Positions 13,110 through 26,757 of a DNA stretch of 64,000 bases are shown here, piece after piece. The notes under the pieces are model-generated. The model was not told the DNA's origin. It saw only the letters and a program-made list of their open reading frames with translations, and searched no databases. Source of the stretch: Eledone cirrhosa (lineage: Eukaryota); contig OZ024746.1 of NCBI GenBank assembly GCA_964016885.1, positions 42,470,001-42,534,000 of the forward strand, given 5' to 3'. Made by a program: the position numbers and the translations under genes. Position 1 is the stretch's first letter. Every line of letters begins with the position of its first letter.

Positions 13110-14179
13110 TAGATAGATAGTAGAAAATGGAAGTCATGTACCATTCTGAGAAGTGAAAAACATCTTCACGTAAGATATGTGCCTATAGATTTGATTTAGA
13201 TTGCATTTTGGGAATGCCATTAACTTGAAATTTAGCACCTAAGCATTTTTGCTGCACCAGTTGCCTCGTCTCTCAATAAAAATAATCAATTATGAAATAA
13301 TGGTAATCTCATGTTTACAATTAGATTTAATGTATTATTAAAACTTGTGAAATTCGCCTGAAGCCAATAGCTTTCCATACATAAATTTATTCTTCAGATA
13401 TGGATTGATGATGGCACAAACTAATATTACTGAAAGTAGATTTTGTTGAAACCTTTTATTTGTACTTATTTATTCATGTGTAACGCATTTCTTGATAGTT
13501 GTAAGAAACCTTATAGTATGCTGCATGTATCAACGCTTTTTCACAATGTGGTGTATATGTGTCTCACTAGATTTGGTTGTATTGCTGTTTCTTACTTTCT
13601 CACTCTCTCTGGCTTTCTTTCCATGTACACACTCATACATACAGACATACTTATATTGGTATATATGTATGCCTGGGAATACACAAAATGATGATGATGA
13701 TGACATATTTCAGAATTAATATTGGAACAATTTAAAAGGCTGATTACTAGATACATATTTTGCTAATTGAAGGTTTTAGTGGTGATGGGGAAATTAGTGC
13801 CTCATGTTTAAAGTAGGTGATTCTTATAAACTAAAATAAGCATAACTGTCTGATGATAATAATAGTCCTAAAATATTCTGACTAATTTCAGCAAATATGG
13901 TGTTAATGATTACGAAGTATAATTATTTGATAATTTGAAGATGAAATAGACTGACATAAATAATAATTATGTTCATGATTATGAAATACTAATGTAGTAA
14001 TTAACAGTAATAACATAGATTGACCTTTAGCAGAATGAAGCTTTTGGAAGAAAAAGGTAGTTAACTGTAGAATAACTAAGGAAATTAAAAAAACAAAAAA
14101 ATAAAAAATAAATAAAATAAAATAAAACAAGAACAATTAGAAACCAAGGAGATTAATAATTCTTTCTAACATTCTAAGG

Positions 14180-14360
14180 GAGGAAAGTCGAATTATATTG
14201 ACCTCAGTACTTAACTATTGCTTATTTTATTGACCTCCAAAGGATGAAGTAGAAAACTGACCTCAGCAGGATTTGAACTCACAACATAAAATGTCATAAC
14301 TCAAAAACTCAAAGCATTTTGTCTGATGTTCTACTAATGATACTAATTGACTGCTCTGCC
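14180..14360 (-). mobile_element. SINE family 1, diverged copy
   Basis: ttattttattgacctccaaaggatgaag...cctcagcaggatttgaactc is the reverse complement of the family core plus B box. Confidence 0.65.
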
Positions 14361-15689
14361 TAAGAAATTAATTATGGTCCATGTTAACATAGAAAAGTTA
14401 CAAGAATTTATAAAAAAAACCAGATAATGCAAGATTGAAAAGAGGTGTCTTCTGGTGTTTTAAGCAGAGCCTTTTTTTGAAGAATGAGATTTTTGGACAA
14501 GTGGTAAACACAATGGAATGCAACTATAGAGCAGGTATAATTTAGAATGGAAACCACAAGGAAGTATACTGAAGTAGATACAACAGCTGAGAAGGTTTAT
14601 GTAGCTATAATGAAACACGTTTTAGCAAATATAACAGAAACATATCATAAACAGGAGGAGTGCTTATAAGCAGAGTTTAAAAGAAGTAGATACCATTTCA
14701 AGTAGTAGCTCAAATAAATGAATTGTCTTATGTTAAGGTAGAGAGTTGCAGAATATAAGATGAATTTGTGCACTGAAAGTTAAAATTTGCCTATTTTTTA
14801 ACATTCACTTCTAGACTTTAACTGTATTATGAATAGGAGCTGAATTGCAATCATACTGAGCATGTAAGAATGCTTGGCAAGCACTCCACTTAAAGTTCTT
14901 AATTAAAAAGGACTAAATAGAATATAAGAATTTGAGATAATTTGCTTTAGTTAATTTCATATTTATTATATTCATTCCTTTATCCTGAATTGAAAGCATT
15001 ATTCATCAAAGAATTTCCTCAAAAGAAACTTTTTGTTAATATCGAAACATTAGCAAAGAGTTTTTTTTTTGTTTTTGAAAATCTTGTTAAACAACCTAGA
15101 TTAAGAATTACACTCTAACGTAATAGTTTCACCAGCTTTTGGCTTTTTATGCACTCTCTATTACATAATGTACAGATGGTACTGCTTTTAAAATATAATT
15201 ATTTGAATATGGTCATAATCTGGAACTTCTTGTCAGATATAATTCACTGTTCTTTCTGTTACCATAGTTTTTTTTCTTCTGAAATTCTATTTGAAGGCTA
15301 AATTTTTCATCAAATATATCCTTAATTTTTCAAAAGATTCATAATATGGTCTATATATCTACAATATATTTCTACTATGGCAATTCCAAGCCTGGGAGGA
15401 AATTTAGGGAAGTTCAGTGGAAAAACTGCTTTCAAATGTTACACTGATTTTGCTAGATTTAATTTTCTCATTGTTGATTTGAAGGATGTTAATGTTAACT
15501 TAATAAGAAGCTATTAATGTTTTACAATAAATTGTATTGTATACAAGGCTATTTATTTTCTTATATGTGGGTAGGAAATCAGGATGGTGAACTGGTAGGC
15601 TGGGATACAGAATAAAGGTTAAGAAACATTTATCTATCCTAATGCTATTCACTGGCCTGGAAATCAAGTCTATTGTTTTGGAGTCAGGT

Positions 15690-16460
15690 TGTTCTGGTAG
15701 TATTGGTTTTGTACTCTACACAGGTTTGGAGACCTGACAGGTGGCTTGCTAACTAGCATTTTGTGTTGAATATTAAGAAGGTATTTAATATTTTGTGTAT
15801 AAGTGAATAGTGAGAAATGATGTTGTAAGCTTTGCTGATGTTGATAGTAGTTAGAATCATGCATGTGGAAGATTTTTGGTATTGAAGTCACCTTGTATTC
15901 TCTCTATTAAGTTTGTAAGTAGGTGATTGAGCATAGTCATTTGAAGCTGTGTTGTGAGTTTGGGAGTGAAGTAGTGGGTTAGTGATGTACAAGTTGAGCC
16001 TTTTTAAAAATGATTTGGGAGCTCTCTCTGGGAGGGTAATGAATCCCTATAGTGTTACTTCATTTGGGGTTTTGTATGGATTCCAGATTTTCAGAATATG
16101 GCAATTTTGATACAAGTAGTTATTGATGTTGAGAAGCGCATTGGTGCTTTCAGGCTGTGAAGCCTTTGAGTTTCTTGAGTTAGCAATTACATTTTGGATA
16201 TTTGGTTAAGGAAACGGCAAAAACCATGTTCAAGTTGGAAGGTGCATATTTCCGTTTTTGTATTCCTTGTTTGATATGTTTTAGGGAACTGAGTTTTGTA
16301 AATATTTTGGTGTGGTGTTTACCTTGTTCATGGGGCTTGGCTATGTTATTTATTATTTTGAAAAGAGGTGAAGTGTGGCCATTACAATTGTTGTTTATAT
16401 TATGATTGATGCAGCTAATTACTCTATATAACGTTTTACTATTTGTTTTGAAGTTCATGT
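15690..16460 (-). mobile_element. Heavily decayed Penelope-like element (linker plus GIY-YIG region)
   Basis: Minus-strand fragments HTSPLFKI..NIAK..HHTKIF and KCNC, plus a frameshifted AKAYNI-like motif, occur in the order expected for a PLE C-terminus. Many stops. Confidence 0.45.
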
Positions 16461-17591
16461 TGGCTAAACATATTTACCAGTTTTCTATTTATTCTATATT
16501 TCATGGTGAGTTATTATTTCTGTTTTATTGTATTGTGTTTGTGCCTTTGTTTGGTTTTCAGCAGGATGGCTATTTATGATGTGTAATTGTAATTGAGTTT
16601 GAAGACAGCAAATTGACAGACTCATTAGAACATCTGATAGAATGCTCTGCAGTATTCATTCAGGTTCTCTGTACTTTAAGTTCAACCCCTCCCAACACAC
16701 CAGACCTACTTTTCTTTGCATTATTTCAAAGTTGGTAAAAAGTACCAGTCCAATACTGGGGTCAATACTTCTATATCTCTTTCTCACTTCCTCTGTCTCA
16801 TTCCCTCCATCTCTGAAAGAAATTTGCTGCGTTCAGACTTGTAATGGGAGCAGGCTTCAATAAGTTTAAAAATACCCAAGTCCCATTGTATGACTCTACA
16901 TCATCTCTACAATTCCACTAGGAGATACAGGTTCATACAAACATATAGACTGGAGATGTAATTTTAATGCCACATTGTGGGATGTATTTATGTACTGCAG
17001 TACCCATAATATTCCTAATTCCCAACACAGAAGAGAGCTGTAATATTTTTCTGTCTCTTTTAGGGACATAATATGGGTCCTATAAAATATGCTGATATAT
17101 CTCTCTCCCTCTCTCCCTTGCTTTCTCACTCCTTCACTCTCTCCCTCCATATCTTTCTGTTGCTTTCTCCCACACAGACATAAGAAGACACCTGTATATA
17201 ATTCTGGAAAGGAATTAAAGTTGAAATTGAAATACCAATTGAGTAAAGCTGAAATTATTTGGATTAAGCGAGAGATTATAATTATTGTGAAGAGTGTTAA
17301 TCGTAATGTCAGACAGGGGTTAAGTCATGAACACAGTACAGCATCAGTCAAACAAAAAAGCTAAGGTAAAGATGGAAAAATATATGAAAATTCATCTCCG
17401 ACTAATATGGATCAAATATAGAATTGTTTAATGATTTCTTACACTATATTCTGAGGTTCATTTTATTAAGTTATGCTCAGGCAGTACAAAGAGAATATCA
17501 ACAAACTAAAATAGAGTGAACTGTATACAAATACTTTGTAGACTAAGAAGGCAAAATAGCAAAATTCACTTCATAATGTTTTAATGTTTAA

Positions 17592-17805
17592 CCCTGTAGC
17601 ACTTACATTACTCTATATATAATGTTATATTTTCATATGTGAGGTAAACACTTTACCTCACATAATATTGAATCTATGAGATTTCAATATCATTTGTTTT
17701 GAGAACAATACCTTAACATCAGTATGAGCAGCCAGTTACAGAAGGTTTGAACAGAAAGAGGTGAGAAAATTATGTCCGGATACTGATGGTTTAAATAATA
17801 AAGGG
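17592..17805. mobile_element. piggyBac-like MITE
   Basis: TTAA|CCCTgtagcact ... aataataaAGGG|TTAA termini with TTAA target site. Confidence 0.6.
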
Positions 17806-18169
17806 TTAACACAGTCATTACATTTATCTACATTTTTGGGGTGTAGAATGTGCATGTGTGCATGGAAACACAGATGTGAAGAGGATGTGTGTGTGTATGT
17901 ATATATATATGCATTTTGGTTTGTAGCATTTTTACATTTTTACATTCCCAATGTGCACTGGCATCAATAGTATCACCCTGATGCATTAAAACTATATAAC
18001 GATATCCAGAGGTTGGCTATGGTGAAAGGACTGTTTCTTTTACTGTTGTCTCTGTCGAGTAGCCCCCCCCCCCCTTCCTCTTGTGGATATATATATATAT
18101 GACCTATGCAAACATGGAAAAATGGATGATGATGATATATATATATATAACATAAGTGTTCCTGATGAT

Positions 18170-18390
18170 TTGATTAACAGAACGGTCAGCTTGTGAAATT
18201 AACGCATTCCACTGACAGATGAACTCTTAACATATTTCTCAGGGAGATGCAGCATGACACTGAATTTGCATGGATTTAAGCAACATGAAATAAAGTGTCT
18301 TACTCAAGGGAAAAACTTGCCACCAGGAATTGAATTCATGACCTCACAATCATGAGTGTAATGCCCTAAACACTAAGCCATGTTCTTTCA
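18170..18390 (-). mobile_element. Older tRNA-derived SINE related to the family 2 head
   Basis: The reverse complement carries atggcttagtgtttagggca (A box), gaattcaattcc (B box) and ccttgagtaagacactttatttca. Confidence 0.65.
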
Positions 18391-20566
18391 CTTTATATGT
18401 GTGTGTGTGCATGCATGCTTGTGTACATATATACATAAATATATATGTATTTGATACTAAAATTGATGTGTATTTCTATTTGTGTATATTTCTTGAATTT
18501 AGTGAAAACAGTTCATTGTACCAGAAAATTTATTTGACGTATTGTCTTTTAATCTCAAGCCCTTTGCTTCAAATGACTTTCAATACATTTCTTGAACTGA
18601 AATCCCCTAAATGAAAGGAAACGTTTTCTTATATAAAACAAAGAGAAAACTCATTCGCTGACATTAATGGTTGAGAGGCAATGAATATATTTTTCACAAA
18701 AAAAACAAAGGCAGACATATGAGAAAATAAATGAGCAAACAGACACCTAACTGCAAAAGACAATGAGAAGAAAGAAAGAGTGTTTGGTGTTAGAAAGGCT
18801 TGGTGTTATTGATACAAAACAAAGAGAGAAGAAAGAGGTGAAATATAAAAACAAAACAAAGAGAATTGGGAAGAAAAATATTTAGGCCGGACAGTGAGAG
18901 TGGAGAAAAGGAGGAAGTGTGTGTGTGTATATATATATTTACATACAAACACATTATATCTAACTCTCTCTCTCTTTCTCGCATATATATAATGTCTGAG
19001 TGTGTGTGTGTGTATATATATATGTGTGATGCATACATAATATCACTCTCATTCATATACTCATTAAATGATGTACATTTCAGATACTTTTAAATTCACT
19101 TTTATGGGCCATTTTCTTTTTGAAAAGCACAAATATACAATCAACAAAGGAAGTGAACAATAATATGAAGAATTAACCAAGTCTTTTACTAGTTTCACTC
19201 ATTTTACTGGTGTGAGTCCATACTGGAGCACCACTTTCAAGAACTTTATCAAAGCCCAATATTTATTTCAATCTGGTACTTCTTTTATCAATCTCTATTT
19301 AATGATCCACAACATTATGGGGAAACTTAAGAACACAGATATATATTGAAATAAAGGAATACATATTCAATTATAGGAGTCAGTATGGTTGTATGGTGAA
19401 TTGTTACATAGTCCAAGAGAAGATCTACATATTGGAGCATGCACGCACATCCAAATGTTCATTAAAATCTTGTCCATTACATCATCTACTGCCCTATTCA
19501 CACCTATCACCCTCTGTATCACACTATCAACCAAACAGGGGTTAAGGCAGGGCATTTGCCTTTGTCTGTATTCTATCATCAATTATCCTTATCATAATCT
19601 TTATCTTTTATCATTTCAACCCTTTCACACAGTACACCCTTCTCATACTACACTATCACCTATTACCATTATCACACCTATTATCATTATCATGGTCATT
19701 ATCATTTTCACCCCTTCTCTACTACAGCTTCACCCATTATCAAAATCACTACCTTTCTCCCACCACACAATTACTCATTATCAATTATCACTTTATTCCT
19801 CTCACCATAGATTCTCTACCCCTACATATAACTCTTATGGTGTAGGCTCTGTGCTAAGGGACGGCATCATATCCCCCCATATTCAGTACCCTAAACCTCT
19901 ACCCTCATTGAGACTCTTTGTTGACATGTACCAATCACTTACATCCATATTCAATACCAGCACCGTCCACTACAAACAACTATTCTCTTCCCCAAGCCAT
20001 GGGTGTCATTCACTACTCTCACCGATACACTTGTCTGCATGACAAAACACTAGTTTTCTCTATTGCTCAAACTCCTCATACCAACACCCAACAGCTAACA
20101 CTTTCCCACTTCATCCCCTACCACACACTCAGTGTTTCTCACCTTCCCAGTCATATACATACTCTCACCACAGTTAGCTTCTATGCCTCCCCCACCCAAC
20201 ACCACCATTACACACAAAAACCACACTTTCAGGCCCATTTGCTTTGAAACAATGATGTCATTCCTGATATGATTACATGGCGGTGATATTTGTTTATGTC
20301 CTGCATAAACAAAATGAGCTTCAGCTTAATGGAAGTATAACCTAAACAGCTCTAGAGTATAACCTAAACATATCTCATCAAACACATGCCAGCATGGAAA
20401 AGTGAAGTTAAAAGCAATAAGGATGATGACATATATATGCATATATACTTTTCCAATATGGCTAACTAATAACAGTAATTGCTTTCTACCTCATGAGCCA
20501 TTTCACCGATTTGTATTTTACTCTCATTTGTTTCCTTTCTCTCAACATCACTCATATTTGTTTCTA

Positions 20567-20602
20567 TCTTCTGATGAAGGACTAGCATCTGAAATGTTAA
20601 GA
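20567..20602 (+). ncRNA. Decayed minimal type-I hammerhead ribozyme
   Basis: tctt CTGATGA a-gga ctagca tct GAAA tg TT aaga. Stem I is tctt/aaga. The usual ACGT stem III appears CpG-mutated to ATGT. Confidence 0.5.
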
Positions 20603-20703
20603 CTATTTTCCAACATCATCAAGCATTAAACTAATATAACATTTTTGTATTGAATTGTTTGCTTGTTATTCTTTCTTGCAGACTTTCCTTTATATATACA
20701 TAT

Positions 20704-21029
20704 AGGCACATGGCTTAGTAGTTAGGGCATTGGCCTTGCAATTGAAAGGTTGTGAGTTTAATTCTCAGACCGGGTGGTGTGTTGTTTCCTTGAGAAAGAC
20801 ACTTTACTCAGCTGTAGAAATGAGATGATAGGGACTGTGGTCCCTATCATTCCACTGCAAAGTGGTCGTGTAGGTGCCACGGCAAAAAATCACCCAGCAC
20901 TCACTGTAAATGAGGTTGGTGTTAGGAAGGGCATCCAGCTGTAGAAATCAAGCCAGAATCAGTTCCCATCCCACTCTTGCAAGCAGGGAAAAGCAGACAT
21001 AAAATGAAATGATGATGAAATGATGATGA

Positions 21030-21033
<4 letters not shown>
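20704..21033 (+). mobile_element. SINE family 2 (tRNA head, RTE-derived body and tail)
   Basis: Near-identical to 25882-26217 apart from a small internal deletion; (GAT)n tail runs into (TA)n. Confidence 0.92.
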
Positions 21034-21102
<69 letters not shown>

Positions 21103-21141
21103 AAAAATGGAGTGCTGCATGGTTGCACATGGGTTATATAC

Positions 21142-21196
<55 letters not shown>

Positions 21197-21543
21197 TGTA
21201 TGTGTATCTATCTATATCTATATCTATATATATATATATAGTGGTTCATAGGTACATATATTTGTTTATGTTATATTGTTATTTTTAACAATAATGCCAT
21301 TTGTTATAGGTTTTCAATGGGTCAATCACTGGTTCACTGCATTTCTGATGGAGAAAGTGACAAGTGTGTGTTGTGTTTGTAACTTGATGTAGGATAAATT
21401 TCTCAGGGGAATGTTTCTAAAGCAGTATTTTTTTCAAGTTTTTGCAGATAGATATAGGTTATGGAAGAAGACAGCTGCCAGAAAATAGAAGCCAGAAACA
21501 TTTAGTTGTGAAGCAAAATGCTTAACAACACACCCATGCCTGC

Positions 21544-21605
<62 letters not shown>

Positions 21606-21730
21606 GTGTGTGCATATCCATATATAAACATACATATATGCATATATAATCATAAATATATGCATATATAGATTATATATATACACACACACACATATAT
21701 GTATACATTATATATATATAAGTAAGTTTT

Positions 21731-21840
21731 GGGTATAATCTAGAAAGTTACAGTCCCAAATGTCAAAATCCCAAATGGCAAAATTTCAAAATATTAGAAT
21801 CCCAAAATATTGATATCCTGAAAACCATAATCCCAAAAGA
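21731..21840 (+). repeat. Degenerate 15-16 bp aaaatcccaaa tandem units, resembling Mutator-like subterminal repeats
   Basis: gtcccaaatgtcaaaatcccaaatggcaaaatttcaaaatattagaatcccaaaatattgatatcctgaaaaccataatcccaaaa. No partner terminus was found. Confidence 0.4.
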
Positions 21841-22149
21841 TTAGTTTTAAAATGTAGAACCTAGTAAAGATAAAAATGATGGTATACTTAGTTAGAATAT
21901 ATTTCAAGGTGCATACATTATGGTTGTTCAGTTTTATTGCGTAAAATATTTCAAATTAAAAGTGATTTAACAATAGAAACATACATAGTTTGAATTGAAG
22001 GTTTATATCATTATGATGTATACAATGTTATAGGAGTTTAGTTTTCATATATCAAGTATAGATGACAATATTATGTAATGGAGTGTTTTATACAGATATA
22101 TAAAAGGAAAAAAAATACTATTAAATCAGTCACACACACATGTACACCA

Positions 22150-22680
22150 AGTCCGAACACAGAGGAACCAGACTCCTACTGTCGCCACCTCTGTCTCTCC
22201 CACTCTCCCCATCTCTCATTATTATGAACAAATCGGGGCCCACACACTGGCCACCTCGTGCTCCTGGTGGACAGAATAGAGAAGGCGTTTCCCCAGATGA
22301 TGGTGAGGGAGATGTGCTGGAAGAGCCATTCCAGCTTGTGAGGCTCACTCCTATGGGTAGCCAGCTCAACGCCAATGGTGGTGAGTAGGGAGGTGGACCT
22401 ACGGTCAAGGACACGAGAAGTTTCCACTGCTATGGGCTCGACTGTAAACCTATCGGAGAGTGACCGATATTTGGAGAGTTAGCCTGAAGTGCAGCAGAGC
22501 CTAGGTTAGTCACAGACTGCACCAAGTTACTGCATGTGGCATCCCAGACGAGTAGTTTACCACCATGGACCAGGAAGATGGTCATGCCACCTGGCCCTTT
22601 GTCATCTCCTCAGTCCAGCCCCACTGGCTTGAGCTGGGAGGGGAAGCTTACAGCATCCAAGCCCTGCTTTATGGGGTGGT
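22150..22680 (+). mobile_element. GC-rich island, possible 5' UTR plus ORF1 relic of an L1/Tx1-like LINE
   Basis: Abrupt GC rise. ORF MNKSGPTHWPPRAPGG...EEPFQLVR, then broken frames with VTACGIPDE and PHWLELGGE. The resemblance to LINE ORF1 is weak. Confidence 0.3.
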
Positions 22681-23021
22681 TATTAAAAGTATAGCAAAGA
22701 ATGAAATACATTGCATAGAATTGTATAAAATAAATTATAATCTATTTGACTTAAAATATTTTAGAGTTCTAAACACCCTATATCTACAAAATGGGACTAA
22801 TTCCGAGTGTCAATTATATGATAGAATATTAGGGAAAAAGATTTCATATGATTCTCATGTAGAAGCTGACACAGCCTTCTATTATGGGTGGAAATATTAG
22901 GGCTTTTAATGTTAAAGGTAGATTAACACTCTACACATTTTTTTATGTTTGATGCGTGTTAATACAATATTCTAATTCTGTTTTACAGTTTTGCATGCCC
23001 ATCCTTTTGAGTTTAATGAAT

Positions 23022-23201
23022 AATTGTTTCTACTTTTGGCACAAGGCCAGCAATTATCCCAGTGTATTACTGGTACTTTATTTTATCGACCCCGTAAGGA
23101 TGAAAGGCAAAGTTAACCTCGGCGGGATTAGAACTGAGAACATAAAGGGCCGTAACTCTTTGCTGCAAAACATGGCGTCAGACCCTCTAACGATACTGCC
23201 A
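23022..23201 (-). mobile_element. SINE family 1
   Basis: Highly similar to 34037-34211. Confidence 0.88.
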
Positions 23202-24397
23202 GTACCAATTTCATACTGGAGTCAATCCTTTTCTCTTTCACAAACACTTTCTTCTTTCTCTGTAAATAATTGGCTATGTTCAGAATTGGAGAGGAATGTG
23301 CTCAACCAACTAGAAGATGACCAAGGCACATTATGTATCTTCGTGGCACCCTAATGACGCCATCAAGTATTCAAGACTTTTGGATGCATGTATGCAAACA
23401 TATACTCATACATAAATGCAAAAGGATTGTTCAAGCTATAAAATATTTTTCATGTATAGGGTTGATTAAATTTCAAGCGTGAAAATTCCTAAAGTCTAGA
23501 TGACTTCCATTTACATTTTTACATATAATTTAGAGAAGGTGTACAAACCTATATGTTTTTATTCAAATATAAAGAATATATGATAAAATATATACTAGCT
23601 TAAATTCTTACCAAATTTCAAGAGCAATTAATTCAACTAAGAGTAGATGGAAACATATATAACAATATTAATAGCAGTAACCTAAATGTGAAAAATAATT
23701 TGAGTATATCTAAAGAATTTGGTAAACATGAGAGTTACATAATTAAGATAAAGAGGATGAAAATAACGATTTTACTCCAGTAATCAACACTCTTCACAAC
23801 TAACTAAATTTAGGGAGAGATAAGCCTTTTTATCAGGATTTTGCCTCCAGGAAGATATTAATTATCTAAACACAATTCTTCCGGAGAAGATAATTATTTG
23901 TGAAGAGAGTTATTTACTACTAGTGGGTGGGACACAAAATGCTTTGGATTAGTAACCATAGCAACAGTAGAAACACAGATCTGAGAGCATGATCAGTGAT
24001 AATCTTCTTTCTTCTCAATTGCTTATTTCACCACTATGTAAAATAACAGTTGTAAGAAGTTAAAGAAGTATTTAGAGTAAACTCTAAGGCAATCTAGATT
24101 AAAACAAATATTATTGTTTTAACATAATTATCGAATCTACATTTCATATAATTGTATAGCATGTATATATATCATCATCATTTAAATTCCACTGTTCCAG
24201 GCTCTTATATATGTATGTGTGTGTATATATATGTATATATATATATATATATATATACATTTATATATATATACATTTATATATATATACATTTATATAT
24301 ATATACATTTATATATATATACATATACATTTATATATATATATATACATTTATATATATATATATACATACATTTATATATATACATATATATATA

Positions 24398-24736
24398 ATC
24401 ATCATCATCATTTTACGTCCGCTTTTCCCTGCTTACAAGGGTGGGACGAGAACTGATTCTGGCTTGATTTCTACAGCTGGATGCCCTTCCTAACATCAAC
24501 CTCATTTACAGTGAGTGCTGGGTGCTTTCCTGTCGTGGCACCTTCACGACCACTTTGCAGTGGAATGATAGGGACCCCAGTCCCTTTCATCTCATTTCTA
24601 CAGCTAGAGCTTTTAAACTGGAGCAATGGGAAATAAAGTGTCTTGCTCAAGGAAACAACACATCACCCGGCCTGAGAATTGAACTCACAACCTTTCGATT
24701 GCAAGGCTAATTCTTTAACCACTAAGCCATGTGCCT
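24398..24736 (-). mobile_element. SINE family 2
   Basis: Reverse complement of 25882-26217 with a (ATC)n tail. Confidence 0.92.
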
Positions 24737-24737
24737 T

Positions 24738-24769
<32 letters not shown>

Positions 24770-25409
24770 TTTATATATACGAAGGCAAACATTCCTAGTG
24801 ATAACAATGGTAGTTCGGCTATCTCTATAACATTAATTCTTTGTTTTTGTTCTTATTTTTTCTGGGCTTCAGTAAAGATTGTTTAACTATATCTATTAAG
24901 TTCATATGGTCTGATGATGTTACTGATTGTATTGCATCATGGTCTGATGATGTAATTAATTGGCCACAGAAATACATTATGCAACAATAAAAGAAGCTTG
25001 GGAACCTGGCCGTCACATGTTGTTCATTGAAGTTTTTAAATCCATTCTTCTACCACTCACGTTATACCACATCTATGATGGAACGTATACATGTTGAGTA
25101 ATTTTTTGCTTATTACACCACAATTGGTGTATTTCAAATGCATTATTAATTGCATTTGTAAATGAAATACGGAGTTTTCATCCTACTTGCGTTTCAATAA
25201 CGCAAAGTCCTTCCATCTATGATAATCCAGTCAATATATTTTTAATTTAAATGCAATATATATAAAATGAATATTGATATTCAATACCTATAAAATATAT
25301 GGCAGAATGATGCAACAAGCCCCCCCCCCCCCCCGAATTATGTGTGGGGTGGGTGAGAGAGAGGGGAAAGAGAGAAATATTTCATAAATTCAACTTTCTC
25401 CATCACTGT

Positions 25410-25560
25410 TTAATCCCAACCCAATACCCTTAAATTTTAACCTTATCTCTAAACCCTAACCCTAAAACCCTAAAGTTTAAATCCTAACTTTAAACCCTAA
25501 TTTTAAACCTCAAATCCTAACGCAAAACCCAAACTCAAATTCTAAGACCCAATCCAAAAC
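25410..25560 (+). repeat. Degenerate (CCCTAA)n-like tract
   Basis: aaaccctaaccctaaaaccctaaag...aaatcctaac...aaaccctaa: telomere-like hexamers, interrupted. Confidence 0.6.
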
Positions 25561-25881
25561 TTATTCCATTTCTTTCTTTCTGGATTGCAATCACTTACAT
25601 TCCCAAAATAATATTGAGAATAAAAATTCAAACCTAAATATGCTTGCTACAGCTTACTCCAAAACGGTTGCATACTCCAAAACAGAGAGATGGAGGTGGG
25701 GAGGGAGGAGAGAGTGGGGGTGGGGCTTAGTAAAAACTGAAGAAATAAATGAAAAACATTTTTTGTTTGTTGTGCAGAATCTTTAAAAAACATTCTAAAA
25801 TTTAAGGGTATGTGTTTATTGCATAAATCTGGCAATATATATGTGTAAATAAATAAATAAATAAATAAATAAATATATATA

Positions 25882-26217
25882 TGGAGGCACATGGCTTAGT
25901 GGTTAGAGCATTGGCCTTGCAATCGAAAGGTTGTGAGTTCAATTCTCAGATCGGGTGATGTGTTGTTTCCTTGAGCAAGACACTTTATTTCACATTGCTC
26001 CAGTTTACTCAGCTGTAGAAATGAGATGATAGGGACTGGGGTCCCTATCATTCCACTGCAAAGTGGTCGTGGAGGTGCCACGGCAAAAAAGCACCCAGCA
26101 CTCACTGTAAATGAGGTTGGTGTTAGGAAGGGCATCCAGCTGTAGAAATCAAGCCAGAATCAGTTCCCGTCCCACCCTTGCAAGCAGGGAAAAGTGGACG
26201 TAAAATGAAATGATGAT
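25882..26217 (+). mobile_element. SINE family 2, full-length reference copy
   Basis: A box TGGCTTAGTGG (25892-25902) and B box GAGTTCAATTC (25935-25945). Internal hairpin atgatagggac/gtccctatcat. The body matches RTE 3' UTRs and the tail matches the RTE at 58857-58912. Confidence 0.93.
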
Positions 26218-26494
26218 ATATATATATATATATACATATATCATAGAATATATGCATAATTTAATATAGTTGCTGGCTTTGCTGTGTAGTTAAGAAGACC
26301 ACTTTGCAAACACAGTTTCATGTTCTAAAAAAAAAATGTTCTCTTTAATTTAGTTCTATTGCTATATAATATATATGAAACATATAGCATTTGAGATATA
26401 GACATAGAATATATATAGTTCCACTTATTGGACTGGGCCATGCTGGAGCACTACCTTCAAGAGTATAGTTTATCATATCACATCAGTAACAGGT

Positions 26495-26757
26495 AAAGTT
26501 TTATTTACATCTTAGTAAATAAAATTTAATATAAAAAGAAAGAAAAAAATTCGATTGAGAAGAAAGAATGGAATGGAAAATAAGAAAATATTAAAAAAGA
26601 AAGAATGGGGAGGGTGATTGGGCTTAGGGTGCAGCTGTAATGGGGACAAGACTGCAAAAGCATTCCTGTGGACTATGGCTAGCAACATCTGCTGCAACAG
26701 CCACTCCATCTTGTGGGGCTCCTTCCTCAGACGAGCTGCCGACGAAGGTCGGTTATC
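26495..26757 (-). mobile_element. 3' end of a CRE-like (restriction-like endonuclease) non-LTR retrotransposon
   Basis: Minus strand reads ITDLRRQLV/(frameshift)EPHKMEWLLQQMLLAIVHRNAFAVL. This resembles the CRE C-terminal pattern LGRRL..EPRE..WL.QRLSLAIVRGNA..VL. A T-rich 3' UTR with AATAAA follows. Confidence 0.65.

Noticed and set aside
19389-20247. 217-aa and 109-aa ORFs
   Set aside because: C/T/A-biased low-complexity sequence, probably the antisense of an old repeat; no domain or splice structure.
24905-24955. Two CTGATGA motifs 33 bp apart (hammerhead or C/D box snoRNA)
   Set aside because: No downstream stem II-GAAA and no terminal stem; just a short local duplication.
25882-25950. 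tRNA gene
   Set aside because: A and B boxes are present but there is no complete cloverleaf; it continues into a SINE body found in four copies.
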